Source: Thermotogota bacterium
Lineage (GTDB): Bacteria > Thermotogota > Thermotogae > UBA12178
Length of the DNA stretch: 64,000 bases
Assembly (NCBI GenBank): GCA_021161835.1
Contig: JAGGZV010000066.1
Coordinates: 12,108-76,107 of the forward strand
Direction of reading: 5' to 3'
Shown here: positions 1 to 9,798 of the stretch, piece by piece
How the letters are laid out: every line of letters begins with the position of its first letter
Numbering within the stretch: the stretch's first letter is position 1
Program-made: the position numbers and the translations under genes
The notes under the pieces: generated by a model
What the model was told of the DNA's origin: nothing
Database searches by the model: none
What the model saw: the letters and a program-made list of their open reading frames with translations, nothing else

Positions 1-1032
1 AAAGAGAAATCGTTGCTCAGAAAACTCATCTCCACGAGCGCCGAACTTGTGGAGATGGCTTACGATGCTCAGGATGTAGATATGGTCCTGGATGTAGCAG
101 AAAGGAAGATCTTCGAGATAACGGAACAGCATGCTTCGGAATCTTTCAAATCTTTTGGTTCGATACTGCACGATGTATTCGATAATCTCGAAAAGATAAG
201 ACTTCGGGGAGGAGCAGTCACCGGGATTCCCACGGGTTTCAGACTGCTCGACAACGTAACCACCGGTTTTCATCCTTCGGACTTCGTCGTGGTGGCTGGA
301 CGTCCATCGATGGGAAAAACAGCCTTTGCGTTGACGATAGCAAGAAACATGGCTGTGAAATTCGATGTACCTGTGGGAATTTTTAGCCTTGAGATGTCCA
401 AGGATCAACTTGCCCAGCGATTGTTGTCTGCTGAATCCCGTGTGGAGCTGGCGCGGATAAGGAACGGGAAACTCAATGAGGAAGACTGGAACAGGCTGAC
501 CAATGCTGCTGGAAGACTCTTCAAGGCCCCGATAGTGGTAGACGATGAACCATCCCTGGATCCCAGGACATTGCGAGCTAAAGCGAGAAGAATGAAAAGG
601 GAGTACAACATACAGGTTGTGTTCGTGGACTATCTTCAGCTCATGCATCTGCGTCATAGAGAGCAGAACAGGCAGCAGGAGATCTCGGAAATATCCCGTT
701 CCATGAAACTTCTAGCCAGGGAGCTCGATGTGGTCGTGGTGGCGTTATCACAATTATCGCGTGCAGTGGAACAACGGGAGGACAAACGTCCCCGCCTGAG
801 CGATCTACGGGAATCCGGAGCCATAGAACAGGATGCCGATACAGTACTTTTTCTGTACAGAGAGAGTTATTACAAGCACAAAGGAGAACTGATCATGGAA
901 CCACATGAAACCGAGGTCTTAGTTGGGAAGCAACGAAATGGGCCTGTAGGTACGATAAAGGTTTCCTTCGATCCACGCTTTGTCACGTTCGCAGATCTGG
1001 AAGTGACGATAGATGTAGAAGGAGTGACATGA
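1..1032 (+). CDS. dnaB: Replicative DNA helicase DnaB, C-terminal ATPase part (5' end lies outside the window)
   Basis: The frame is open from nt 1, and track ORF 13..1032 is its in-window part. Motifs seen: Walker A GRPSMGKTAF, FSLEMS, Walker B VFVDYLQLM, SQLSRAVEQR...LRESGAIEQDAD and GKQRNGPVG. About 100 N-terminal aa are missing. Confidence 0.93.
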   Translation, partial: KEKSLLRKLISTSAELVEMAYDAQDVDMVLDVAERKIFEITEQHASESFKSFGSILHDVFDNLEKIRLRGGAVTGIPTGFRLLDNVTTGFHPSDFVVVAGRPSMGKTAFALTIARNMAVKFDVPVGIFSLEMSKDQLAQRLLSAESRVELARIRNGKLNEEDWNRLTNAAGRLFKAPIVVDDEPSLDPRTLRAKARRMKREYNIQVVFVDYLQLMHLRHREQNRQQEISEISRSMKLLARELDVVVVALSQLSRAVEQREDKRPRLSDLRESGAIEQDADTVLFLYRESYYKHKGELIMEPHETEVLVGKQRNGPVGTIKVSFDPRFVTFADLEVTIDVEGVT

Positions 1033-1061
1033 GTGATTGACAATCATGGGGGTATCGGAAA

Positions 1062-1754
1062 ATGGAAAATCTGAAGTTCACCTTGCCGAATTTTGAAGGT
1101 CCGCTGGATCTTCTGTTACACATGGTCAGGGAAAAGAAAGTGGATATAAGAAGTATTCCCATATCTCAGATAGCCGATGAATTCCTGCACTATCTGGAGA
1201 TGATGCGCGAGTTCCGCATTCACATAACAGCGGATTTTCTTAGAACCGCATCTACGCTGTTATTCTTGAAATCCAAGGCGCTTCTTCCCTCTCTCGAGGG
1301 TAAGGAAAAAGAGGAGTTCGAAAAAGAAAAAGAGAAGTTTTATGCGGAAGTGGAAGAGTATCAAAAATACAGGGAGTTGTGTGATACGCTCGAATCCTTT
1401 ATGAACAATGCCCGTTTCCTTCCGGCGAATGCGCGTGTGGATCCCTGGACGGAGAAGAGGCTGGCAGAAGCGCTGAAGAAGTCCTGGAAATTGTTCAGAA
1501 GTTTCGTAAAGGAATTTCGGCTTTCTGAGAGAGTCTACGAACTCAAGGCGCCGAAATACTCAGTACATAAAAAGCTGGAAGAGATACAACAATACGATGA
1601 AGTAGAGCTGATTTCGCTCCTGAAAAACTGTACTGACAAGATGGAAATGATAGTCGTGTTCCTTGCGGTTCTGGAGCTGGTTAAAAGGGGAATCTTCATC
1701 CTGGAAAGGGAAGGTATACTCAGGAAGGTGGAGAGCGGTGCGCCCACTCGTTGA
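1062..1754 (+). CDS. scpA: Segregation and condensation protein A (kleisin ScpA)
   Basis: The N-terminus FEGPLDLLLHMVREKKVDIRSIPISQIADEF is typical of ScpA. An RBS-like GGGGGTATCGGAAA precedes the ATG, and scpB follows with an overlap. Confidence 0.85.
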   Translation: MENLKFTLPNFEGPLDLLLHMVREKKVDIRSIPISQIADEFLHYLEMMREFRIHITADFLRTASTLLFLKSKALLPSLEGKEKEEFEKEKEKFYAEVEEYQKYRELCDTLESFMNNARFLPANARVDPWTEKRLAEALKKSWKLFRSFVKEFRLSERVYELKAPKYSVHKKLEEIQQYDEVELISLLKNCTDKMEMIVVFLAVLELVKRGIFILEREGILRKVESGAPTR

Positions 1755-2253
1755 GGCGTTACTTTTCTCTGCCCGACATGGTTTGACCATCGATGAAATG
1801 GCGAGGGCTCTGGACGTGGAAAAAGAGCAGATAGAAACCGTGGTGAATGCAATACGTGAGGAGTATGCTGCACCGCATCATGGAGTGGAACTCAGGAAAT
1901 ATGGAGATAAATGGCGATTTTATGTGAAAAAAGAATACGTTGTAGATACGTTGAAGATAGCCCGTCGTCTACCCAGAAGACTTTCCACCGCTCAGCTGGA
2001 AGTGCTAGCAGCGGTGGTGGTGAAAGGAGAAGCCACCAGCAGAGATGTGGAAGTTATGAGGGGCAAAGAATCTTCCCAGCATTTAAGAGAACTCACCAGA
2101 ATGAAGCTTCTAAAGCGTAAACGCAGGGGCAGAGGTTACGTGTATACTCCTTCAGATGAATTCTTTGAATATTTCCAGATCGAGAATCTTTCCCAGCTTT
2201 TCAAGGAGGTGGAGAATGAAGAAGATAGAAAGGGTAGTCAAGAGAATACTTGA
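1738..2253 (+). CDS. scpB: Segregation and condensation protein B (ScpB)
   Basis: GTG at 1738 gives VRPLVEALLFSARHGLTIDEMARAL, the canonical ScpB winged-helix N-terminus. The track start at 1663 adds a non-conserved extension inside scpA. Exact start is uncertain. Confidence 0.8.
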   Translation: MRPLVEALLFSARHGLTIDEMARALDVEKEQIETVVNAIREEYAAPHHGVELRKYGDKWRFYVKKEYVVDTLKIARRLPRRLSTAQLEVLAAVVVKGEATSRDVEVMRGKESSQHLRELTRMKLLKRKRRGRGYVYTPSDEFFEYFQIENLSQLFKEVENEEDRKGSQENT

Positions 2254-2809
2254 CGTTTTTTTCGCCTCCCTTCTTCTGGTTTTGTTGTCGCCCCTGATGT
2301 TAATAACAGCCGTGGCCATAAAGCTTGACTCTCCAGGTCCAGTGATATTCAAACAGGAAAGATTAGGTAAAGATGGTAAAACTTTCACGATGTACAAGTT
2401 TCGTAGCATGGTACATGGAGCCGAGAAAATAGGGATGGGTATATTTACCGCATCCAATGATCCGCGTATAACCAGAGTTGGACGCTTTCTTCGACAGTAC
2501 AGTATAGATGAACTTCCCCAACTCTGGAACATAATAAAGGGCGAGATGAGCTTCGTGGGTCCCAGGCCTCCTCTTCCCTTTTATCCCAAAAAGTATGAGG
2601 AGTATGAAGAATGGGTAAAGAAACGATTTGAAGTACTTCCGGGAATAACAGGATGGGCACAGGTTCATGGAAGAAACCTCATAGACTGGTACGAGAGGTT
2701 CAAACTGGATGTCTGGTATGTGGAAAACTGGTCGCTGGCGCTGGATGCCAAGATAATACTGCTAACGATCGTGAAGGTTTTGAAGAGGGAGGGAGTGTAC
2801 GATCGCTGA
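2216..2809 (+). CDS. Undecaprenyl-phosphate sugar phosphotransferase (bacterial sugar transferase family, WbaP/EpsL-like C-terminal domain type)
   Basis: ATG 2216 is preceded by GGAGGTGGAGA. One TM helix is followed by SPGPVIFKQERLGKDGKTFTMYKFRSM...DELPQLWNIIKGEMSFVGPRP, the signature of the PF02397-type family. Confidence 0.85.
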   Translation: MKKIERVVKRILDVFFASLLLVLLSPLMLITAVAIKLDSPGPVIFKQERLGKDGKTFTMYKFRSMVHGAEKIGMGIFTASNDPRITRVGRFLRQYSIDELPQLWNIIKGEMSFVGPRPPLPFYPKKYEEYEEWVKKRFEVLPGITGWAQVHGRNLIDWYERFKLDVWYVENWSLALDAKIILLTIVKVLKREGVYDR

Positions 2810-2813
2810 TCAT

Positions 2814-3044
2814 ATGAAGATCTTGATGTATGGGCTTATTCTACCTTTGATCCTCAGCTTTTCTATTTCTATATTTTTCGGGTTTCTTCTCATTCTTCCA
2901 TTTCTGGAGATCCTGCGGCGCACTTTCACTCTGCCTTCCATGAAATTCACCTCCACTTTGATATTTTTGATCCTCTACTTAAATTTTCTCATATCTAGTC
3001 ATAAATGTCAAGAGTATATTCAAATTTTCTCACATATTATTTGA
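2814..3044 (+). CDS. Possible small hydrophobic membrane protein (76 aa), unrecognised
   Basis: The ORF is from the track only. It has 2-3 hydrophobic segments, no clear Shine-Dalgarno and pyrimidine-rich AT-rich DNA that would encode Phe/Leu by chance. Confidence 0.25.
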   Translation: MKILMYGLILPLILSFSISIFFGFLLILPFLEILRRTFTLPSMKFTSTLIFLILYLNFLISSHKCQEYIQIFSHII

Positions 3045-3048
3045 ATAT
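3016..3048. repeat. Perfect 10-bp inverted repeat ATATTCAAAT-N13-ATTTGAATAT just upstream of the NTPase gene
   Basis: Read directly: 3016-3025 is the reverse complement of 3039-3048. No T-tract follows, so it looks more like an operator than a terminator. Confidence 0.5.
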
Positions 3049-3064
3049 TATGAGGTGATATGAA

Positions 3065-3559
3065 ATGATATTGATGCTGAGAGGACATCCCGGTGTCGGA
3101 AAAACCACAGTGGCAAAAAAAGTGATGGAGTTGTTCAATGCTAAAGGTTTTGTAACGGAGGAGATCAGAGAGGCTGGTAAAAGACTGGGATTTGATATAG
3201 TACTATGGAATGGCAGGCGATTATCCCTGGCGAGGGTAGGTGGCAAGGAACCAAAAATTGGAAAATACACCGTTTTCCTCGAAAATATTGAACTCGCTGT
3301 CAATGAACTGAAAGACCTGCACGCCGATTTCATGGTTGTGGATGAACTCGGTAAAATGGAAGCACTCAGTGTGTCCTTCAGGAAGTGGGTGCTGGAAGTA
3401 CCCCGACGATGCGCGAAAGTTCTTGTGACCGCACCCGGTAAAGATATACCAATAGTTAGAGAATTTCTGAATTCGTGGCCAAATACGCAGGTGTTGTGGG
3501 TGAATGTGGAAAACAGATCGAAACTCCTCGATGATATTTGCGAAATGATTGGGAAGTAA
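3065..3559 (+). CDS. Nucleoside-triphosphatase, THEP1-like P-loop NTPase
   Basis: RBS GAGGTGA precedes the ATG. It has the P-loop LRGHPGVGKTTV and a Walker B-like MVVDELGKME. The ~164-aa size matches the Aquifex THEP1 family. Confidence 0.75.
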   Translation: MILMLRGHPGVGKTTVAKKVMELFNAKGFVTEEIREAGKRLGFDIVLWNGRRLSLARVGGKEPKIGKYTVFLENIELAVNELKDLHADFMVVDELGKMEALSVSFRKWVLEVPRRCAKVLVTAPGKDIPIVREFLNSWPNTQVLWVNVENRSKLLDDICEMIGK

Positions 3560-3614
3560 CATTTCAGAGTAAAGTTATTCGTGTTACAGAAAAATCGAGA
3601 TGGGAGGAAAAGCG

Positions 3615-4838
3615 ATGAAGGCAGTGGTCTTCGGATTGCAGTGGGGAGATGAAGGAAAAGGAAAGATCACAACGTATCTATCCAGGGAGTACGATATAGT
3701 CGTGAGATACAGTGGAGGTAGCAATGCTGGACATACAGTGGAATACGGCGATGTCAAGATAATCCATCATCTCATACCATCCCTGCATCTAAACTCCAGT
3801 GTAAAGGGATACATAGGTCCAGGAGTGGTGATAGATGTTGAAGTGTTCATGAAAGAGCTTGAGGAGTTGCGTAGCATAGATCCTGTTGTTGACGAAAAGA
3901 TACGCGTTTCTTCTCTCAGTCACATAGTTCTCCCTCTTCACAAGGAGATAGATGGAAAACTGGAAGATATGAAAGGTGAAGCGCGTGTGGGAACTACCAG
4001 GCGTGGAATAGGTCCAGCGTACGCCGATAAAGCCAATAGATTGGGCATACGTGCGGGTGATTTCAGAAACCTTGAGCGTTTGATCGAGAAACTTGAATTG
4101 ATATCCCGTATTTCCGAAAAATTGTATGGAACAACTCCTATGAATTCAAGAGAGCTGATTCAAAAGTATGAAGTCATAAGCAGGTACGTGCTCGATCCGA
4201 TAGATATGAAAAGAGATATAGAAAACTCCAGGGTGCTTTTCGAGGGTACTCAGGGTGTTTTGCTGGATCTCGATGTGGGAACTTATCCATATGTTACCTC
4301 CGGGCATTGTAACACCACGGGTGTGTGGGTGGGAATAGGATTTCCGGTAAAGCTGGATAAATACATAGGGGTGTTCAAAGCGTACACAACTCGTGTTGGT
4401 GAGGGACCGTTCCCAACGGAAGTTATGGGTTCGGAAGCGGAAGAACTCAGAAACAGAGGCAAGGAATTTGGAGCTACGACCGGTAGACCCAGGAGATGCG
4501 GATGGCTGGATCTACCGTTGCTGCGTTATGCGGTGGAGGTGTCGGGATGCACTGAAATGATAATGACGAAGGCTGATGTATTAAATGGTATATCAGAAGT
4601 GAAAGTGTGCGTGGGTTACAGGTATAACGGTCGCATTCTGGATGTACCACCCAACCTTGATGTGCTGGACGATGTGAAGCCCATGTACGAAACGCTCAAA
4701 GGCTGGAAGGATCTGGATGATCCCAATTTCCATGAGTTCGTAGAGTATGTCTCGAAAATGGTGGGTGTAACCATGAGTCACGTTTCGACCGGTCCCAGGG
4801 TGGATGATATAGAGATCTGGAGTGGTGATGATGATTGA
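3615..4838 (+). CDS. purA: Adenylosuccinate synthetase
   Basis: Motifs seen are GLQWGDEGKGK, NAGHT, GTTRRGIGPAY and GATTGRPRRCGWLD. ATG 3615 has a GGGAGGAAAAGCG RBS, and the track start 3600 is probably 5 codons too long. Confidence 0.95.
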   Translation: MKAVVFGLQWGDEGKGKITTYLSREYDIVVRYSGGSNAGHTVEYGDVKIIHHLIPSLHLNSSVKGYIGPGVVIDVEVFMKELEELRSIDPVVDEKIRVSSLSHIVLPLHKEIDGKLEDMKGEARVGTTRRGIGPAYADKANRLGIRAGDFRNLERLIEKLELISRISEKLYGTTPMNSRELIQKYEVISRYVLDPIDMKRDIENSRVLFEGTQGVLLDLDVGTYPYVTSGHCNTTGVWVGIGFPVKLDKYIGVFKAYTTRVGEGPFPTEVMGSEAEELRNRGKEFGATTGRPRRCGWLDLPLLRYAVEVSGCTEMIMTKADVLNGISEVKVCVGYRYNGRILDVPPNLDVLDDVKPMYETLKGWKDLDDPNFHEFVEYVSKMVGVTMSHVSTGPRVDDIEIWSGDDD

Positions 4839-6138
4839 AAGGTATGCTCTGGAACCCATGAAAAGTCTGTGGGGGTTAAAGGCACAGTATGAAAGATGGT
4901 TGAAAGTGGAACTGGCTGTTGTAAAAGCTTATGAAGAGCTCGGACGTATACCCAAAGGTATCCACAAGCGATTGGCAGAGAATGCACGCATAGATGTGGA
5001 TAGAATACTGGAAATAGAGAAGGAAGTTGATCACGACGTAATAGCCTTCATAAAAGCTGTTACAGAGAAAATGGGGGATGAAGCACGCTATTTCCATTAC
5101 GGTTTGACATCTTCCGATGTGGTGGATACAGCTCTTTCACTGGCGCTGGTTGAGGCATGTGATATTCTGATCGACGATCTTGAGAAGCTACTCTTGGTTC
5201 TCATGAACCTCGCTGAAGAACACAGATACACGCCGATCATCGGACGTACACATGGTGTTCATGCGGAGCCCACAACGTTTGGTCTCAAAGTGTTATCCTG
5301 GTACGCCGAGATGGGAAGAAATCTCGAAAGACTCAAAGCGGTTCGTGAAGAGATAGCCGTTGGAAAGATAAGCGGTGCGGTTGGAAACTATGCGAACGTG
5401 GATCCAGAGGTTGAAGAGCTTGCCCTTTCTTATCTTGGGTTGAAACCCACTCCCGTATCCACACAGGTGGTCAACAGAGATGCACACGCATACTTCGTGG
5501 GCGTGCTCGCACTGGTAGCAGCGGGTATCGAAAGAATGGCTCAGGAAATAAGACATTTACAGAGAACCGAAGTACTCGAAGTGGAAGAACCTTTCAGGAA
5601 AGGTCAAAGAGGATCTTCTGCCATGCCTCACAAAAAGAATCCCATCCTGTGTGAAAGATTGACGGGTATGTCGAGAATCATGAGGGCTCATGTGATTCCA
5701 GCCATTGAGAATATTTCGTTGTGGCACGAAAGGGATATATCGCATTCGAGCGTTGAGAGGTTCATGTTTCCCGATGTAACGGGAGTACTGCACTACATGC
5801 TGGTCAAGGGAAAATATCTTGTAGAAAACCTGAAAGTCAACAGTGAAAGAATGAGAGAGAATATATATCTCACCAGAGGTTTGGTATTTTCGCAAAGGGT
5901 GATGCTGAAACTCGTTGAAAAGGGTATGAGCAGAGAGGAAGCATATAAATTAGTTCAGAAACACGCTCTTGAATGCTGGGAAAGCGGGAGGGATTTCAAG
6001 GAGTCCCTTCTGACGGATGAAAAGGTGAGAGAAAAGTTGAAAAGTGAGCTCGATGAAGTTTTCAACTTGTCCCAGTATTTCAGGCATGTGGACACCATCT
6101 TTGCCAGATTCCAGGGAGGTTGCGAAGATGGTAGGTGA
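4831..6138 (+). CDS. purB: Adenylosuccinate lyase
   Basis: The MIERY... N-terminus matches Bacillus-type PurB, and the fumarate-lyase signature [11 protein letters not shown] is present. The start overlaps the purA stop. Alternative starts are 4822 and 4828. Confidence 0.95.
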   Translation: MIERYALEPMKSLWGLKAQYERWLKVELAVVKAYEELGRIPKGIHKRLAENARIDVDRILEIEKEVDHDVIAFIKAVTEKMGDEARYFHYGLTSSDVVDTALSLALVEACDILIDDLEKLLLVLMNLAEEHRYTPIIGRTHGVHAEPTTFGLKVLSWYAEMGRNLERLKAVREEIAVGKISGAVGNYANVDPEVEELALSYLGLKPTPVSTQVVNRDAHAYFVGVLALVAAGIERMAQEIRHLQRTEVLEVEEPFRKGQRGSSAMPHKKNPILCERLTGMSRIMRAHVIPAIENISLWHERDISHSSVERFMFPDVTGVLHYMLVKGKYLVENLKVNSERMRENIYLTRGLVFSQRVMLKLVEKGMSREEAYKLVQKHALECWESGRDFKESLLTDEKVREKLKSELDEVFNLSQYFRHVDTIFARFQGGCEDGR

Positions 6139-7165
6139 TTTTATAGATTTGAGAAGCGATACTGTGACCCTTCCTACTCCGGAGATGCGCAGGGCCATGG
6201 CCGAAGCTCCAGTCGGTGACGATGTTTATGGTGACGACCCCACGGTGGAAAAGCTGGAGAAACTGGCGGCTGAAATCCTTGACAAGGAGGCAGCTCTCTT
6301 TGTACCCAGTGGTACGTTTGGAAATCAACTTTCGTTGTTGACTCATACGACCAGCGGTGACGAGGTCATAGTGCCTGCCCGCGCACACGTTCTGATGCAC
6401 GAGGTCGGAGCAGCCGCTTTTATTTCGCGGGTTCAGCTCAGACCTCTTGAAGATCCGGGTGGAAAGATGGATCCGGATGAAATCAGGAGAACCATACGTG
6501 GGGACGACATCCACTTTCCCAGGACCAGTTTGATATGGCTGGAAAATGCTCATTCTCTAGGATGGGCCGTTCCATTGGAACACATAAAGGAAGTGAGACA
6601 GATAGCCATGGAACACGACCTGAAGGTTCATATGGATGGTGCTCGCATTTTCAATGCTGCTATTGCCTTGGGTGTGGAAGCTTGTGAATTGGCGAAATAT
6701 GCTGATTCTGTGATGTTCTGTCTTTCGAAAGGCTTGTGTGCACCGGTAGGTTCCATGGTTGTGGGCGATGAGATGTTCATAAAGCGGGCGCGCAAAAACA
6801 GAAAGTTACTTGGTGGTGCCATGCGGCAGGTTGGCGTGTTGGCTGCTGCCGGGATAATAGCCCTTACCAGAATGGTTGACAGACTCGTGGAAGATCATGA
6901 GAAAGCCAGGTATCTTGCCGAGAAACTGCGAACATTTCAGGAAATAGAAGTAGCATGGGATCGTCTGGACATCAACATGGTGTTCTTCAGGTTCAGAAAA
7001 GTTGTTGATCATGAAACGTTTGTGAAATACATGTTCCAAAATGGTGTGAAGATAAATCCACCGGATGATGGAGAGTACAGACTCGTGACACATTACTGGG
7101 TTGAAAAAGGTGAAATAGACAGTTTTGTGCGTATTCTGGAGAAGTTCCTGCTGGAGGTAAGGTGA
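6128..7165 (+). CDS. ltaE: Low-specificity L-threonine aldolase (PLP enzyme)
   Basis: It begins [18 protein letters not shown] and carries the PLP-lysine context [16 protein letters not shown] 6128 has a GGAGGTTGCGAAG RBS and overlaps the purB end by 11 nt. The track start 6044 is inside purB. Confidence 0.85.
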   Translation: MVGDFIDLRSDTVTLPTPEMRRAMAEAPVGDDVYGDDPTVEKLEKLAAEILDKEAALFVPSGTFGNQLSLLTHTTSGDEVIVPARAHVLMHEVGAAAFISRVQLRPLEDPGGKMDPDEIRRTIRGDDIHFPRTSLIWLENAHSLGWAVPLEHIKEVRQIAMEHDLKVHMDGARIFNAAIALGVEACELAKYADSVMFCLSKGLCAPVGSMVVGDEMFIKRARKNRKLLGGAMRQVGVLAAAGIIALTRMVDRLVEDHEKARYLAEKLRTFQEIEVAWDRLDINMVFFRFRKVVDHETFVKYMFQNGVKINPPDDGEYRLVTHYWVEKGEIDSFVRILEKFLLEVR

Positions 7166-9757
7166 ATGAAGATAATAACTTCCCATAAAAATCCGGATTT
7201 CGATGCCTTTGCTTCATGCGTAGCGGCCAGAAAACTTTATCCAGATCATGAAATTGTCCTGAGTGGAACTCCATCCAAGAATCTCTCGCAATATCTTGGT
7301 ATATACAAAGAGTACTTCACTTTCAAGAAGGCCAGCGAGGTGGAAGGGGAGATACGATCTCTCGTGGTGGTCGATACCAGTTCGCGAAGCCGACTCGATG
7401 AGAAAATAGCTGCAGTCCTGGATAAAGTGGAGAAGATAGTGATCTACGATCATCATCCGGCGCTGAGGATACAAGACATACCAGGTGAATTCAGAGGACG
7501 CGAATGTGGAGCATGTGTAACCCTTTTGTTGGAAGAGATAATCAAAAGGAATATGAAAATGGATCCTGTCGAAGCCACCCTTTTCTTGATGGCAATACAC
7601 GAGGATACGGGAAATTTCCTCTATTCTTCAACCACCTCTGCAGACATGGAAATGGCCAAATTGCTGCTGGAGAGGGGAGCCAATCTCGAAGAGATAAGCG
7701 ATTTCGTCCACATAGATATGACCCCTGACCAACGGGCGATTTTCGAACAACTCATGGACAATACCAGGGTGATCGTTGTCAATTCCACACCGGTGGCTAT
7801 AGCCATGGCAGAATCGGAAAAGTTCGTAGGTGGGCTGAACGTGGTCATCGGGAAGATGTGGGAATTAACAGGTCACGATACCCTCATAGGTGTGATACGC
7901 CTTGGAAAGAAGAGTTTCATCATAGGACGTACGAGAAGCGACGATGTGGATCTTGCAGCTGTCATGAAGGAAATGGGTGGGGGAGGACATCACAAGGCTG
8001 CATCGGCAAAACTGGAAGAAAGGGATCTGGAAAAGGTTCTTAAACGACTGGTGACAGTGTTGCAAAAACATATAAAACCTTCGCTGAAGGCGAGGGATAT
8101 AATGTCCTCGCCTGTTCGAACTGTCTTTGCTTCCACCAGGATTTCCGAAGTTAACGATATCATGGAACGCACAGGTCACAACGGCTTGCCAGTTGTGGAA
8201 GGAGACAGGTTAATAGGTATAGTGGTCAAGAGTGATGTAGATAAAGCTATGAAACATGGACTCGGAGATAAGCCTGTGAAATCCATAGCCACGACGAAAT
8301 TGATAACCGTGGATGTGGATACCCCTGTATCCAAGGTTATATCTCTAATGAGAGACAAGGGGATAGGAAGGGTACCGGTTCTCGAAAATGGTATACTGGT
8401 GGGTATAATCACGAGAACGGATATTATCAGATCCCGTCACATTCCGAAAGCCATCGAGAAGAGGCTCGTATCCTGGGACGAGCCCAAAGAGTACGATGTT
8501 TCACATGTGCTGGAGCGCCTTCCGAAGCGATTGTTGAATCTTCTCATACTACTTGGGAACGTTGGCGAGAGGCTTGGTATGCCGACGTACATAGTGGGAG
8601 GGTTCGTCCGTGATCTCCTGCTTGGACGTGAGAATTACGATGTCGATCTTGTGGTAGAGGGAAGTGCTCTGGAATTCGCGAAGGCTTTGAAAAAGCATTT
8701 CAATGTGAAAATAGTGGAACATCCAGAATTCAACACCGCCGCGGTTTTCTTCAAGGATGGTTCACGTATAGACATAGCCACCGCGCGAACGGAGTATTAC
8801 GAGCGTAAAGCAGAGCTACCCAAAATAGAGCTGAGCACTATAAAAAAGGATCTCAGCAGGCGCGATTTTTCTATAAATGCCATGGCTATAAAATTGAATC
8901 CTGGTTCTTTTGGACGATTGCTGGATTTCTTCAACTGTCGTGAAGATCTGGAAAGGGGGATAGTGAGGGTTCTGTACAACCTCAGTTTCGTGGAAGATCC
9001 CACCAGAATCGTTAGAGCAGTACGTTTTGAGACACGTTTCAATTTCAGAATAGAAGAAAGAACGCTGGAGTTGATGAAGGATGCGCTTAACAATCATTTA
9101 CTCGAGAAGGTAACCGGTGCCCGGTTGCGTGAGGAAGTGGAAAAGATTCTTGAGGAGAAGAACGTGGTTAAAGCCATAAAGAGGATGGGCGAGCTGGATA
9201 TACTCCTGCATCTTTTTCCAACCGTCTATTACACCGATGTCATGCATAGAAAAGTGGTGAGCCTGTTCGAGTTCTTGCCATGGCTGGAAGAATTTTCCTC
9301 CAAGTCGGTGCGTAGATTCTACGCGTTGTTAATGGTACTGATGGAATATTCGCATAAAGCTGCATGGGATCACGTTGTTAAAAGATACGGCGTGGCCAAA
9401 AGGGTGTTGAAGGAGTTCAACATGGTGAAGGGGAAACTGAAAGATATACTCGACCTTATAGAGAGCGAGGCCCCGTTTTCCCAGTTACATCCGCATCTCA
9501 AAGATTTGATGCCAGAAACGATGGCTTTCATCGCTGCCCATATGGACAGTGAAGGTTTGTCCTATTTGAAGATGTATTTAAGGAAGCAGAAGGGTACTCG
9601 ACTGAAGACCGTGAATGGAGAGTACCTGAAGAAATTGGGAATACCAGAAGGACCAAAGATAAAGGAAATTCTCGATAAACTCTACTGTGCCAAGTTGGAT
9701 GATAAAGTGGCAGATGATGAAGAAGAACTGTTTCTGAGAAAAATCCTACATTTATGA
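7166..9757 (+). CDS. Multidomain tRNA nucleotidyltransferase/poly(A) polymerase family protein: DHH-DHHA1 phosphoesterase + 2 CBS + class II nucleotidyltransferase head and body
   Basis: DHH motifs are PDFDA, VVVDT, YDHHP and GGGGHHKAAS. Two CBS repeats follow (SSPVRTV..., TTKLITV...). The nucleotidyltransferase part shows GGFVRDLLLGRENYDVDLVV, RRDFSINAMA and EDPTRIVRAVRF. Confidence 0.85.
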   Translation: MKIITSHKNPDFDAFASCVAARKLYPDHEIVLSGTPSKNLSQYLGIYKEYFTFKKASEVEGEIRSLVVVDTSSRSRLDEKIAAVLDKVEKIVIYDHHPALRIQDIPGEFRGRECGACVTLLLEEIIKRNMKMDPVEATLFLMAIHEDTGNFLYSSTTSADMEMAKLLLERGANLEEISDFVHIDMTPDQRAIFEQLMDNTRVIVVNSTPVAIAMAESEKFVGGLNVVIGKMWELTGHDTLIGVIRLGKKSFIIGRTRSDDVDLAAVMKEMGGGGHHKAASAKLEERDLEKVLKRLVTVLQKHIKPSLKARDIMSSPVRTVFASTRISEVNDIMERTGHNGLPVVEGDRLIGIVVKSDVDKAMKHGLGDKPVKSIATTKLITVDVDTPVSKVISLMRDKGIGRVPVLENGILVGIITRTDIIRSRHIPKAIEKRLVSWDEPKEYDVSHVLERLPKRLLNLLILLGNVGERLGMPTYIVGGFVRDLLLGRENYDVDLVVEGSALEFAKALKKHFNVKIVEHPEFNTAAVFFKDGSRIDIATARTEYYERKAELPKIELSTIKKDLSRRDFSINAMAIKLNPGSFGRLLDFFNCREDLERGIVRVLYNLSFVEDPTRIVRAVRFETRFNFRIEERTLELMKDALNNHLLEKVTGARLREEVEKILEEKNVVKAIKRMGELDILLHLFPTVYYTDVMHRKVVSLFEFLPWLEEFSSKSVRRFYALLMVLMEYSHKAAWDHVVKRYGVAKRVLKEFNMVKGKLKDILDLIESEAPFSQLHPHLKDLMPETMAFIAAHMDSEGLSYLKMYLRKQKGTRLKTVNGEYLKKLGIPEGPKIKEILDKLYCAKLDDKVADDEEELFLRKILHL

Positions 9758-9763
9758 TAGAAT
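9755..9763 (+). promoter_or_regulatory. Putative extended -10 element TGaTAGAAT upstream of rrf2-coaD
   Basis: TG at 9755-9756 and TAGAAT at 9758-9763 lie 36 nt before the ATG at 9799. No good -35 is present. Confidence 0.3.
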
Positions 9764-9798
9764 ATTGAAGGATGTAAACGTGGACAGGAGAGAAAAAG

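Noticed and set aside
1663-1737. Long N-terminal extensions in the ORF track (for example 1663, 2156, 6044, 10131, 12220, 13721, 24559, 25793, 42365, 50080, 51806 and 55467)
   Set aside because: In each case a downstream start has a GGAGG-type RBS at 5-10 nt and yields the conserved family N-terminus. The extension, by contrast, overlaps the preceding gene.
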